Source of the DNA: Squalus acanthias
Lineage: Eukaryota
Length of the DNA stretch: 64,000 nt
Direction of reading: 5' to 3'
Assembly (NCBI GenBank): GCA_030390025.1
Contig: JASTWF010000355.1
Span: forward strand, 186,001-250,000
Of the stretch, positions 63,622-64,000 are shown in pieces. The translations under genes were made by a program, and so were the position numbers. How positions within the stretch are numbered: position 1 is the first letter of the stretch; each line of letters begins with the position of its first letter. The notes beneath the pieces are model-generated. The model was not told the origin of the DNA and made no database searches. It saw nothing but the letters and a program-made list of their open reading frames with translations.

Positions 63622-64000
63622 TAATAACATAAGAACATAAGAACTAGGAGCAGGAGTAGGCCATACGGTCCCTTGAGCCTGATCCGCCATTCAATAAGAT
63701 CATGGCTGAACTTCGACATCAAATCCACTTTCCCGCCCTAACCATATAGCCCTTGATTCCCTTAATATCCAAAAATCTACCGATCTCAGCCTTGAATATA
63801 CTCAAAAACGGAGCATCCACAGCCCTCTGGGGTAGAGAAATATAAAGATTCACCACCCTCTCAGAGAAGAAATATCGCCTCATCTCATTCTTAAATGGCC
63901 GACCAATGAGACTGAGAAACCGAGTTCTGGGCTCTCTAGCCAGGGAAAATAGCCTCTCAGCATCTCACCTATTAAGCCATGTAAGAATGTTATACATTTC
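63622..64000 (-). mobile_element. CR1 3' end
   Basis: (CATAAGAA)n tail and CR1 3' UTR. Confidence 0.85.

Overview
Eukaryotic, repeat-dense DNA. The repeat families and the NLR exon style point to a cartilaginous fish, most likely a shark (inference). The only recognisable host genes are two convergent paralogues of an NLR (NACHT-LRR) immune receptor. (1) A + strand LRR-only cassette at 2865-4766 has seven phase-2 exons, four of them 171-nt ribonuclease-inhibitor-type exons in a 312-bp exon+intron tandem array, with variation concentrated at exposed LRR positions. No NACHT exon for it lies in the window. (2) A - strand gene at 15695-21699 has a large NACHT exon split by a 705-bp CR1 insertion (6-bp TSD, immediate stop) and a short LRR tail with no 171-nt exons. 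The two LRR tails and their ~1.8-kb tandem 3' flanks form a ~14-kb imperfect inverted duplication around a truncated Gypsy+CR1 spacer. Penelope-like remnants with degenerate hammerhead ribozyme cores recur. From ~22 kb onward the window is mostly nested CR1/L2/RTE LINE fragments, SINEs and minisatellites, plus a duplicated promoter-like module (ISRE/CCAAT/GC box with a splice donor) that could be the missing 5' end of the - strand NLR. TE boundaries are approximate unless a TSD is given.
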